This document shows, in pieces, positions 1-12,486 of a stretch of 64,000 nt of DNA. Within the stretch, counting starts at the first letter, position 1. The number at the start of each line of letters is the position of its first letter. The stretch is taken from NCBI GenBank assembly GCA_003427395.1, contig BFEA01000021.1, positions 3,853,064 through 3,917,063 of the forward strand. Reading direction: 5' to 3'. The notes below the pieces were generated by a model, which saw nothing but the letters and a program-made list of their open reading frames with translations, made no database searches and was not told the DNA's origin. Source of the stretch: Chara braunii. Its lineage: Eukaryota > Plantae > Charophyceae. The translations under genes were made by a program, and so were the position numbers.

Positions 1-104
1 CCAATCGAGAGCATTAAGGGGAAAGTCGCAAGGGGGAGGCACGGGACCTCGGGTAGGATCGGTTGGGGTAAGTCAAGGAGCAAGGTCGATTAGGATGAAA
101 AGTT

Positions 105-167
<63 letters not shown>

Positions 168-1265
168 CTTCCTCCATTCCTTCAAGCTCCTCTAGCCCTT
201 AAACCTTCCATCACCTCCTCCCCTCTATGGCATATGACTAACCTCTACCCTCACCTGTTACATTGCCAGGGAACGAACGGGAAGGAACCTGGTCCTCACT
301 TGGTGGAAAGCGAGGGCAAGGGAAGGGCAGCCGATCCCTTGTGCCACCAAGAAGGAAAGGATACGAAGCTATTGGAAACACTTGTGAAAAACAAAAAGGA
401 GTGCTGCTTTTTGGACGAGGTCAGTTTGACTCAACCATCTTCCCCGGCTGCATGACTAAGGTGACGGCATGGCTTGCTTGAGTAAAGGGAAAGATTACCA
501 AAGGATCATTAAAGGCAAAGGAAACTTGGGCATGTGAGAGGGGCGATGTGTTGACCCCAATGGGGATTGTACTTGGCTTTCGCTTTATGTGGTCTTGCGC
601 AGGTGAGTAGCTTGGGATGGGTGTTGAGCGAAGGACGTAGACCTCGCATAAAGCCATGAATACAGGATGGGTTTGACGGTTGGATGCTTGAATGGACGGT
701 AGATGCTTGGATGTGGCTTGCGTGATGATTGAATGCGATGACTCTCTTGAATGCAATGCAAGCCCGGAAGAACAAAGGGCAGCCTCGGATAGGTGAATGC
801 AATGCTAGTGGCTCAAGCAAAAAAAATATAGCGGCTAGGGGTCCGGGCGATGCCACCCCACCCCAAGGATGCCGTAGGGGCTGTCTTGGGCCGCTAGGCT
901 TAGTGAAAAGGTGCGTGGCCCAATGAATGACGCTTGGCCTGCGCACGATGAGAAGATAAGACCTCAATAAACTCCCTGGACTGCCTGCGTATTGGAAGGA
1001 GCAATTTCCTGGTCAGACCTTAATGAATCAAGAAAACGCCACGAGTGCCGAAAAACTACCATCTTGACGTGAGAGTGGAGCTACATCCCCCAATGTAAAG
1101 CCCTCTCGCAACCGGCCCACCCCCATCGATCTCAAAGCACTAGGTGGGGGTGCCCCTGGGACGAACGACCCGCGCCCTGAGCGTGAGCGTGGGCGGGTCG
1201 AGCCAAGTGGGACCTGCAGTGGGGTCGACCAAGGCTCAAAAGTCTTTCAGGGTACGGCCCCTACA
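1..1265. mobile_element. End of a further nested insertion (probable LTR of another retroelement) interrupting the 3' LTR of element A
   Basis: Identity between the two A LTR copies stops abruptly at 1266/24743. The flanking sequence ends ...GGCCCCTACA (CA terminus). Contains (TC)n at ~109-163. No coding signal. Confidence 0.5.
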
Positions 1266-1749
1266 GCGGCATCAAGGGTCGTAGCGGGGTAATTACTCAA
1301 GTGGCGGGCAGGCTGGTACCACACCAAGCAGACGTAGATGTGGCGGATACTCGACCCGGAGGCTGAATAGGGGAAGACAAAGACCGAAATTCTTTAGAAC
1401 ACCCAGTACCGGAGGGAAGACAGGCACTGGATCAAGTCTCAGTGCGTGTCATAGACCTACCTGACACAATCATCAGCCCAACTGACCCTTCGACCTCTTC
1501 TGTCGAGGGGTATTACTACTGATCCTAATCACCACGTCACGCATCATAATAACGCGCGTGCATTCTTAAGAAAATTTTCTTACGAATTTTCCCCCCGGCC
1601 TCAGTGGTCGAGGATTTCTCTTCTAGTGTCACGCCAAGCGTGCACACCCCTCTTATTTCCAGACTGGCTACGTCATGGTAGCTGATGCCGCCATCGTGCC
1701 GAATGCAAAGACATGGCAAAATACCCTTGTAAGGGTATTTTGTCCGACA
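1266..1749 (-). repeat. Element A 3' LTR remnant (U3 start)
   Basis: 484 bp colinear with 24743-25226 (about 96% identical by eye count); ends ...AAAATACCCTTGTAAGGGTATTTTGTCCGACA. Confidence 0.9.
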
Positions 1750-2577
1750 GTATCCCAGACCTCATTAAGCGACGTGCCCGTCGCTTGGAGACTATATGCA
1801 AATAAAGGTGTTTTCTGACAAGCAATTTGTCAAATCCGAATACTGGAATGAAATGTGGTTTCAGGATGGACGTCGTCACCTTACTTTTCATTATTACTGC
1901 CGGAATTTTAACCCGGGTCTCCCACATAAATATAATGACTGGAAGTGGGGATACTTGATCTGACTATTTGCTTGTCAGAATCCACGAAGAAAACATCACT
2001 TTTATAAAGATTGTCAAGGAATTTCTGCAAAAGAATTCATAAGACTCAAAGGAGTTTATCCATGTCGTAGCATGGTCTCAAACAAAAAATGTTCAATCAA
2101 TCCAGTTTTTGAAGCTTCACAAACTCATCAAACTTTCACATGAAATACAGATCCGCCCGTTCCTCTATCACCTCTTTAGATCTCAACAGAGTCTAGTAGT
2201 GATAGACGAAGGGAGATCTTATGTTACAAGAGACTCAACCAAAGACAAAGGCCCACACGCAATGTGACAAGTGCGTCGTGTTCACCAGCTCATCCCCCTG
2301 AAAGATATATAAATACAAGTATGTTACAGAGTCAGATCATCACTCACCTCTACTATCCCTCAAATACCTCTCATGTCCTTTCCTATACTACTTCCTATGC
2401 TAAGTCCCCTTATCTAAATGAAAAAACAACACAACATGTCTCATACTTTTCCTCTGTTTTACTGAATGAAGAAAACACATACCCCATGCTCTAAATTAAT
2501 TCTCTCCCATATTTCATAACTTGTTTTACGAGCCAATACAAGTCATGATTTACTCAGACATATCTACCTACTATCAT

Positions 2578-4356
2578 CTAGAAATCAATCGGCAGCCCCA
2601 GTATCCTGTGGAGCGCTACCCTGCCTCCCTCAGGTATCCTGGGAATGATCGGTCCCGTACTGACCACCAATCTCTTATGACTATCATATCTGGCTTTTCC
2701 TTCCTTGATATAAATTGCCAGAATGGAACACTCATCCCTGAGATGTCCTTCCTGAGTGCAGAAGAAACACCTCTGTCCAACCATGCTAGGCTTGATTCTC
2801 TTTATGTCTGGCTGGATTGAAGTCTCAGCCTGATCCTCAGCCCCCTTTGGTCAACCCAACTCAGATTCCCTCTGCCTTTTGCCCTGTCTTGGCAGAGGCA
2901 CAGCCACACTCTCACTTACCTCCTTTTCTGGTGCAGGAGGCTCTTTCCTCTTCTCCTCAGTCTGTACCCCCTTCTCTTCACCCTTCTTTCTCTCCACCAT
3001 CTATGCGGCTTCCTTTTCTTTCCCTTGATGGCTCAGTCTGAGTCCCTCCATTCCTTTCAATATTTCTCCCCATCTTTTCTCCCACTCTTGTCCCAACTTC
3101 TTCCTTTCTGAGATTTCATTGTCCAGGTCCAGTCCTAGCACACTGACCTAAGAGCCCAAGCCATCCATCCTTATTTTCATCCTTCCTATCGTGGTCGCTT
3201 CATTCTCCAACTTTCTGTCGCTCATAGTCAGAGCGACCCTTAATTGACTCACTTCTTTCTGTAATTCCTCCTTCCCTTTCTTCAATCCCTTCATTTCTCC
3301 CCTCATCTCTTTCATATCTCTTATCAACTTTTCCACCTGGGCATCCCTCTCATCTTCCTTCCTTCTTGTCCCACTTGCCTCTTCCCTTTCTCTGTCTTCA
3401 ATCGGCCCCTCTTCCTCAGTTCTCTTGTCCTTGGGAGCCTCGCCTCCTTCCTGGATCCTCTTTCCTTCTCCAGCCTCCTTTACTCCTCTCTCCTTTTTAC
3501 TAACCCTTTCCTGTACCTTTTTCCTTCCACTCTCAATTGCCCTTTTCTTTCCAAGTTTCTTCTTTCTTGGTACCATACTTGCCCTCATGCTTCATTTCCT
3601 CTCTTCCGCTGCCTCCTCCTCTTCCTGTTCATCTCACTCAGCCTGCTCAGATCCTTTGCTGTTGCTCTTCGGGGAGGCCCTCGTTTTGTTCTTCAGCCTT
3701 TCCAGAGGCACCTCATCTTCCTCTTCTTCATTCTCTGCCTCTTTCCCCTGTGGTTCAACCATCTTTCTTCCAATCCATAACCCCCTTTCTTGCAGCCTTT
3801 TCTTTCTTGTCTGATCCTGTCTGGCCTGGGTGTAGGCCATCCACAATTCTGTCGTTATTCTCTTCCAGGTCCGACTTCCTTCCACAATTCCTTTGACTTC
3901 CTCCTTTTCACTCTCTGTTGATCTTGCGATCAACTGTTTCTTCTTTTCATCCTTGTTCCACCCGCCTCTCTCCGCGGCCAGCTGCAAACTCTCGATAAAG
4001 TCCCCCAGATTGGTTTCATCAAACCTGAAGTCATCCTCTACATCATCCCTTGGGAAGACCCCCATGTCCTTCCATAACCTCTCCTTGCATACTTTTCACC
4101 TCATGCACCCTGCCACCACTCCTTCAAACCTCCTCTTGTAGATTCCTGCTCCACTCACATTCGCAATCTTCTCCCTGTCACCCCATTCTCTCCTGAATGC
4201 GTACTCTTCAAGGTCTCGCAAAAAAACTCGCAGACCGTCTCCAACCCTGTAAACGGGCAACTCGTCCAGATTCCTTGAGACTCTCTGATCCCTCCTCTGC
4301 CCTCCCTTTCTCAAGGCAGGTCCAGAGGGCCTTGCCACTGCTCCTCTCTGCGCCAT
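2578..4356 (-). pseudogene. Element A ORF3: second Gag-like protein (2x capsid-like domain, charged/coiled-coil linker, CCHC zinc knuckle), broken by in-frame stops
   Basis: ORFs 4096-4356, 3634-4065, 3148-3588 and 2578-2784 are all in one frame. Motifs LPVYRVGDGLRVFLRDLEEYA..W and FRFDETNLGDFIESLQLAAERGGW..TW; C-terminal CFFCTQEGHLRDEC. Confidence 0.75.
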
Positions 4357-4494
4357 GGCCTCTTCTTTCTAAGGGTCACGCCTGCACATAGAGAAGGAGC
4401 AAATGACAAGTACGAGGGTCAGATTATCACCAAGGCAACATTCCTTGTTAAACATAAGTTGATAATGTCCTCCTTTATCAGCTACTTACATACA

Positions 4495-4511
4495 CGCATA
4501 TATGTATACTC

Positions 4512-4542
<31 letters not shown>

Positions 4543-4712
4543 CTTACATGAGCGTATATATATACACATATCCTCACTTATACCCCTTTGCATCCACTTG
4601 TGTTCACATACACACATATATATATGTATGCATGTATGTATCCATATATGTATGAGCATGATGTTGGGCAATTGGGTACATACCTGCATAAGAATTGATA
4701 CACATATACATG
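4495..4712. repeat. (TA)n/(CA)-rich microsatellite between integrase and ORF3
   Basis: Direct inspection. Confidence 0.85.
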
Positions 4713-4759
4713 CCTAAACACCTTCCCAATCTATCAAAGTTTTCCATATCGTAGTTGAG

Positions 4760-7700
4760 GTTACCTCTTCTCTGACTCGGAACTTCTTCAGTCTAGATCC
4801 TGAGACCTAGTCCTTCCTTGGAGTCCCATCCATCTCTTCTAGCTCATATGCCCTATGAAGTCCCTGCTTCCTGACTTTGAATGGTCCTAGCCACCGTTTG
4901 TCCAATTTCCACGACCACTGCATTTTCAGAGAGGAATCGTAGAGTAGTACTGTCTCGCCAACTTGTAGAGGTTGGAGTCTTACTCTAGGTAGCTTGTCCC
5001 ACCTTTCCTTGTCCTTTCCCCTGCTGTCTGCAACGTTCATGGATGCTTCCTGCACCCTTTCTTCAGTGACGCTGATCTACCTTGCCCTAAGATCTAGCAG
5101 TTCCTCCAAAGTCAAGTTGTTCTCCAGGTCCTGCCTGCGCCAAGTTTTCAGGAAGCTTTCAATAGGAAATGTGGCGTGACGCCCATACCAGAGTGTCGCA
5201 GACGCATGTCCGGTCGTCCTTTTTATAGTAATGTTCTCCACAAAGAACACTGTTCTTAGGAACTTTGGCCAGAGATTCGGCTTTCGACTGGTCCATTTGG
5301 CCAGTAAGTTAGTAATTGTGCTATGGCCTCTCTCAATTGGTGCATTCGCTTGTGGATGTGTCCGAGTCGTATAATTACCTGTGACCCCCAATTCCTTGAG
5401 CAACTCCTTCACTTCCCCACACGTGAGCTCAGACCCCCTGTCCATCGTAAACTCCAATACGAAAGGATATCTGAGATAATATTCCTTAATACAATCCGTC
5501 AGCGTTGTCCCGGTCTTGTTCCTGATCGCTCTGCCATCCACAAATCCTGTAAGGTTGTCCCTTGCGTCGAATATATAGTTATATCCTCCAAGACCTAGTG
5601 ACATAGCCAATAGATCCAGGTGAACAACCGCCCCTACTTCCTTGATATATCTAGGATGCAGAGGTTCCTTGTACATGATAGGCGATCGAATTTGACAGGG
5701 TACACACGACTCACAGTATTTTCGCGTCATCTCAAACGTTCCTTCCCAGTAGTAGAGCTTCATTGCCTTCTTATAAGTAGCAGCAAAACTCCGATGTCCT
5801 CCGACTATCCCATCATGCAATGCAGTTACTACGTCAATCTGACGATTCCTCCCACATACAACCCGTCGCGGCGGCCCCCTCTTGTCCCTGATGAACAAGT
5901 GGCCACCTCTTACCACATAGTGGTCTCTCATCCTTAGAGTCTTCTCACTCACTTCTCTCTCTCTTTTATCTCCTGAGAGAAGCAACCCCATTTCCAGGAA
6001 AAATCCATCGCGCTCTTCCTCCCTCAATTCTTCTGAAATCTCCTCTTGTTCGAATTCTCCTTCCTTTTCCTCATCAAATTCATAATCGTCCCCAATTATT
6101 ATCTCGTCCGCTTTTACCACCCCTCTTTCATCATTCGCTAGAACTTGTAATAGCGAATTTGTCAGGTAGTACATTCTTCCCATCATGGCTACCTGCTCGT
6201 CAGCCTGTTGGACCCCTGCTTCGATTGTTAGTGGCTCATCCATTATCCTATAGTTCTCTGCCAGAGCCAACTCCATCATCCATTCCGTATTTCTCTCGTC
6301 CTAAGAGTCCTCCTCCTCTAATGGTGTGAGTATCAGGGAAGGTTCTCTCATAAATTCGGGAGGCGGATGCCACATCGGATTTCCTCTCCTCATTTCCTTA
6401 CTCTCGACAAATATGAACCAACAGTTCACGTGAGTATGCATGTCTTCCCCTTCGTTCAAAAACCCGTCTACCAGAGGTGTTTCTTCATTAGATTCTTCTT
6501 GATTTCCCCACTCAATTCTGCTCATGCCGTCCGCCCTGTTCTTGTTCCCAGGGATCCGTTCTAACTGGAAGTTGAACATCCAGATATAGGTGAGCCATCT
6601 AGCTATGGTTGGATCTGAGGGCGAGAAGTTCTTGAGCAAGTACACAAGCGCCCTTGGATCGATCCTGAGTACAAACCTCCTCCCAAAAAGGTAATGCCTA
6701 AAGATCCTTAGGCAATGCAGGACTGCCAAGGCTTCTCTTTTGAACTGTGAGTAGTTCCTTTCTGTTGAGTTGAGCGTTCGGCTTTCAAACCTCAGCGGCC
6801 TCTCCTTTCCTTCGCCGTCTGCCTGAATCAAGATGCCTCCCAGGGCGTTTGGCCCAACGTCAGTTTCGACTATGAAGGGTCTTTCCATAGTCGCATCGAA
6901 GTCTGGTACCCCTAGTACCAGACCTCCTTCTCTGAATTCCTTCTTCAATTCTTCCACCACTTCTTCTTGATGGTTTCCCCACTCCCATTCTTGATCCTTT
7001 CATACTAACTTCTTAACGTGCTCTGTTTTACTAGCAAATCTTTCTATGAATCTCCTCCAGAACCCACAGGTACCAAGGAAACTTCGAACTTCACCCACAT
7101 TTCTGAAGGGAGTGGGCCATTCTAGGATCTTATTGGTCTTCTTCTTATCAGGGCGCCGACCATGCTCGTTGCAAATGTATCCTAGAATGGTTACCTCCTT
7201 TACGTAATGTCTCGACTTCACTCCATTGGCGGTGAGGTTGTACTCTTCTAGTAGAGATAAGACTTCTCTTAACCCTTGAACATGTTCTCATACAAACCTT
7301 CTCACCTCTGGAGCCACTTCGGATTCATCCTTCTCAATCGGCCCCTTAACTGCAAGATCATCTATGTACGGCTTAGTGATTTGAGGGTTGATTGTTTGCA
7401 TAACCCTGATCATGCTCCGTTGGACCATGGCCACAACATTGGTCCTCCCTTGCGGCGCAACATTCATATGGACCAATCCCCTTGGCGTGTGCATCGTTGT
7501 GATGGGACGGTCTGCCAGATAGATCTGGAAACTGATCGTATCCGGAGTAGAGGTCGATGAGGGACACAATCGACCTACCTGCACAAGCTTCTGACAACTG
7601 GTCGGCGTTAAGCAAACCTTCTGCATCCCTTACAATTACCGCGTTCAGTCGTTGGAGGTCTTGCACCCATTTGAGTACCCCATTTGGCTTTACAAAACAG

Positions 7701-8182
7701 AACCAGGGAGAGGCATACGGTCCACTGGAGTACCCTGCCACATCCGTGCGGATTTTTCCATCTAGGTACTCTACCACCCTCCCGCGATCCTCGGGGTTGG
7801 GATACTTAGCCCCTCGGACATTCAATGGTTCGTGAGGTACAATATGGATGCGGATCATTTCTATCTTGTCGACATCCAACCTTCCACGCTGATCATCGTT
7901 AAAGGCATATGCCACATGCTTTTCTCGTATCAGCTCCTTCACTAATTCTTCCTCTTGACTTGTCAGAAACCCAGGTTCCACTATTATTAACTCCTTCTCA
8001 GTCTCATCGTCGATACGACAAGGCTCATTCTGGATGCCTCCCCTCATTCGCTGTATTAGTTCCCTTTCCTGATCATAATACACCCCTTCTTCTTGACTTA
8101 CTAGAACTGGCACAGGGTGACTCTTCTTATCTACCGTCTTGTACCTCCTTTTGGAGCCCTGCTTGAGCCCACCCCTAAAAAA
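4760..8182 (-). pseudogene. pol: Element A pol (RT, RNase H, integrase), with stops and a frameshift
   Basis: RT: LIDLYSGYDQ, PQG, YIDD. RH: FIVETDVGPNALGGIL, ERNYSQFKREALA. IN: H..GGH...CESCVPC, DLL, MDRGSE, PQANAPIERGH, C-terminal GPF motif. No chromodomain seen. Confidence 0.95.
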
Positions 8183-11100
8183 TGTTGACCCACAGCTTGA
8201 GCATTCAACGCATGCGGCACTATCATCTGAGAAGAAGAAGGCGGTCGATAAACGAGATCGATCCTTCCCCCTTCTGGATCGTCTTGGATCCTTTCTGCGA
8301 GTGCCCTGACTGCGTTCGGATCAGCCATCCTATAAGCCGATACCAGTTCCACTGCATCACTGATATTAGTTAGGCTTAGTACAAACCCTTTAGCTTCCTC
8401 ATCATCTGAGTCTTCCCCTCCTTCTTTCCATTTCAATTCTCTCCTCCTATTCTCAGACTTTTCGAATGTGTAGGATCCGACATTGAGCCTATTTTTCGAG
8501 CTGTGTGGGCCGGTATTCCTACAGGTGATCACCTCAAAGTTTCCACAGGAAGGATCGCACAAGATGACGAATATAGTGCCGTCATGCTTGTTCATAATGA
8601 GTGATTCAGATCTGCACAGGAACGCCCTTCCCAACAATACTGGAAGGTCCAAGCTGGGCATGACGTAGAAGCACGTATGTACCTTGACTCTTCCTATTTC
8701 TATCACTACATTTGACGCAACCCCCGTATATCCGGTCTTGCCGCTGGCTCCATTGAGAAACCCGTAGTCGTTTTCATATACCTCTAGTCCTAGTTTTACT
8801 GTCGTTTCTCCGTTTATAATGTTCATCTCTGCCCTGGTGTCAACCATCCCAGGACACATCTTCCCCTTTATCATAATATCAATGGACCCTGTTCCCACGA
8901 ATTCCAGTCCATTTTGCTTCCTGCCACGCTCCAGTTAGCCTCTTTGGGAATTAAATCCCCCATTCGGACCGAGGCTACTTTTCGGCGTGATAACCTAGCC
9001 TTCACCATCTCTCTTAACTTAGGAGCCGAAGCGAGGATTTCTTTCAGGTTTAGTAGTTCATTGTGCCCCTCCAGCAGTTTATTCACCAGGCCTTCCAGAT
9101 CCACCCCTTCTTCGATCGAGGTTTGGTACTTTCTCTTCTTGCTTGGTCTCGTATCCCCTTTTGATCTTCCTTCCTCAACTTCACCTTTCCTTCTCTTAGC
9201 CCTTATCTCCGCCTGCCTTTCTTCTTCCTCCCTAATCTTCTCATCCTCATCTTCATCACCCTCTACCGTGATAGGCGGTTCTTCTTCTGCTGGCTGGGAA
9301 GCCTGAGCTTGTTCCTTTTGAGGATTCCCTCCTGCGGGTCTTCTTGTTGCGAATGGAATTGTTCCTCTTACACTTCTCTGACTTCCACTGTTCCTTGCGG
9401 CCATATTGGCTTCAATATTCTCGAGTTGGGTTCATTTGGCCCATCTCCTGATCCCCCGCGCCCCATGGTAAATACTTTTGGGCATCCAGCTCCTTCTCTT
9501 CCTGCTTCTACACATATCTCTTGAAGCCTCAGATGTAGCCTCTGCATTTTGTCTACCAAGTCTTCCATCCTATCGAACGTGTCTCTGACGTTGGCCCTAA
9601 CGTCTTCCTCCTCTGTTTCTTCTTCCACCAGAGGCACGTCTCCCTTGTCTTCTCCAATCCCCATCCTACTCACTTTCTCTTCCAAGTTAGTTATATCTCC
9701 CACCTGCACTACTGGTTCTTCCCTTTCCTGCCAAATTCGGAACATCCCTGGTGCGTTGGGACCAAGCGCGGCCACACGAAGAGCCTCTTCCCTTGTGCCC
9801 CCTGGAATCTCAGGATCAGTCACCCTACCATTTTGGTCGAACACCTCGCCTTCCATGTTTGATATTATGAGCCCTTCACACTCGTCAAGCTTCCTAACAT
9901 GACATCGTTTTACCTTGTGCCCTTTGATCACGCAGTGGGTACAGACGCATTCACTGTAATCAATCCACCCCCTGCCATATCCTTGTCCGTTTCCTCTACC
10001 ATACCCCCTTCCATAGCTTTGGTCGTATCCACGACCATATCCTTGCTGGTATTCCTGCTCGACTAGATTTGCACCCCCTTGGGGCTGCCCCCAGTTCCTA
10101 CCTTGGTTTCCACCGCCTCTGTTACCTGCTCCTCGTTCCCCTGGTCCCTGATTTCTACCACCATTCCTACCTCTTACATGTTCTTATCCTTGTCCTTGTC
10201 CTTGGGACCTGTTCTGGTTTTGGCCACCTTGGCGACTAGATCCTGCTTGGTTCTGCCCTGTTAGTTGAAGTTGTCCCGTGTTTTGGTCTCCTCCCAAATT
10301 CTGATTCTGGGGTAACATGGGATAAGGACCCTGCGTAGGCCATGGTCCTACCGGGAAATACCCAGGCCATGCTCCCATAGGCGGACCCACGGGCCATTGA
10401 CCATATTGAGCTGTGCTTGTTGACGGCTCCTGTCCATATTGGACTATCGCTTGTTGAGTTACTTGACCTTTTCTCGACCATTGTCCTCCGATAGCGATAT
10501 TTTTAGACTTTCTCTGACTCTTGGTTAGTTTGTCCGTTCCTTCTTGTCCTCCATCTTCTGCCTCTTCCTCTCCGTCTTCCTCTTCCTTCCTTCTCTTTCC
10601 TGACGGCTGTGTCACTGTTAACACTTTCGATGGTGTCACTCTTTCCCTAAGCTCTTTTATCTCGTTTGCCATATTGCTCAGCACTCCTCCTAGTACACTA
10701 TCCGTTCCTTGGATCGTCCCTACTGCCTTTCTTTTCTTTCGTTCGACCTTGATTTGGTGATGGAACACTTGGTCCATGTCTCCCGCCATGATGTTCCTCT
10801 TTATGGTTTCCCAGATTGTCTTTCTCCCGGCGGCTCCCCCTCGGGTTAGTTCCATCGCCTCATCCCCAGAGAACTTCCCTAGAAATATGACGCACTGCAT
10901 TTCTTCAGACAGTCCTGGGACCCTCTCCGCTGTCTTTTCGAACGTGTTGGCGAACGCCCTGATCGTAGTGAAGTCATCTCTGTTCATATTATAGAGATGG
11001 TTAATTGTGAGCAGGCTATCTCCTAGCTTAAACGTCTTCTGCATGCCCTTTTTAAACTCAGCCCAATCATTGTTGGACTTTCTCACTACCTTTTCCACGT

Positions 11101-11332
11101 CAGAGGTGCATTCCCACCATACATACTCGAACAACTGGGCGAACTTCTCGGCCGGTGTCAATTGGTTGAAGATTTGCTCAAGTAGTTCTAACCAATGAGT
11201 GACCCTATCACCTTTGAAAGGGAATATGTCTATCCTCGGTAGGTTAGATCTCTTTATCGTTCTTTTCTCTAGTAACTTGATGATTTCCGCCGCGGTGATT
11301 GCCGGCCCTCCGTTGGCGCTGGCATCGCCCAT
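8131..11332 (-). pseudogene. gag: Element A gag-protease, frameshifted by decay
   Basis: Capsid-like IFPFKGDRVTHWLELLEQ..DWAEFKKGM (10184-11389); zinc knuckle CTHCVIKGHKVKRC at ~9900-9945; aspartic protease GMVDTRAEMNI...PVLLGRAFL (8131-8898). Confidence 0.9.
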
Positions 11333-11496
11333 TTTTTCCCCCTTTTCTTTCTTGGTTCCTGCTAGACCGTAGACCCTGTTAAGATACACATAACGACCAT
11401 TGATCCACCCTCGTCGTCACTACCTTGACGTATCTTTTACTCTTGTCACTTGTTCTTACTCTATATGACCTTTCATACCTTTTTTTTTTCTTTCTC

Positions 11497-12275
11497 TCAA
11501 CCGAGTATCTCCTCTAGGAGCACCCAGTCCCCGTGCCAAAAGCTTCTAACCATACCAAATAAAGAAGGGATTTCATCTATAAATTCTTCAATACATGCCT
11601 CCCGGCAAAGATTGCGGCAGTAGGTCGAGAGATCTTCCAAACGATAGATGCGTAGATACGTGTTTACCACACATAGTACGTTATAGAAATCCCTATCCTT
11701 TAGTTTCGGTCCCATTTCTAAGTATAGACGGTAAACAACTTCCGATGCCACGGATTCGAAGCCCATCTCTGGAACAGATCGGGGTGCGAGTACTGCTCGT
11801 CCTATATTCTGTATCCCCCAAAATGCTTCATCAATTATGAAGCTCGGAAGCGTGGTTTTAATGTACCTTGTTGGATACACGAACTCATCGGCCCACTTCG
11901 CTTCGATTGACTTTATAACCTCTCCTTCTTTTCTCCAATACATCCTCCTTAAAAATGCGTCAAGGGTCATTCCGGCTATCAATACGTACCTAAAGACGGG
12001 GCGACTTTCCCCTATCGCAAGATCGATCGCGTGTGCCCTCCAGAGAAGGACCGGTAGATAAAGTGTCACTTTTACTATTGTCTGTCTTTCCCCCGTGGTC
12101 CACTCATTTTCTATCCAAAGGAAAGCTTCCTGTCCTACCGGTTCCCACACCACGAGTCCAACTCTTCATCCAGATCTATCGTTCTCTTCGGCAGTGTCAT
12201 CTTAACCCCTCCTTCCTTTGGCTCGGGCAGGTTGATCAGAAAGCTCCGATCAGCGAACCACATTAAAGGATTCAT
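11497..12275 (-). pseudogene. Extra ORF upstream of gag, copy 2 (unknown function)
   Basis: 218-aa ORF 11497-12153, paralogous to 12487-13089; upstream ATG at 12275 preceded by an acceptor-like TGTAACAG. Confidence 0.6.
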
Positions 12276-12486
12276 CCTGGTATTCCTGTTACAACAGCCA
12301 AAGAAAGAACCTTTCTTTTCTTAGTAACCACTCAATTTCCCATTTCTCAATAATTTTCTATTTCAGTCTTTCCTAAGCACCCCTTCTTATCTGATCAAGA
12401 ATCCCCTGCTTCAGTTCTTCCCAGTAGACATGCCTATCTGCCGAATAGTATTGACGTGCATATAATTCGACCCGTGATAGTATAAT

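Noticed and set aside
1767-1800. Hairpin resembling a Helitron 3' end
   Set aside because: No CTRR terminus at the expected spacing; its fixed position next to the 3' LTR in both elements ties it to the retrotransposon.
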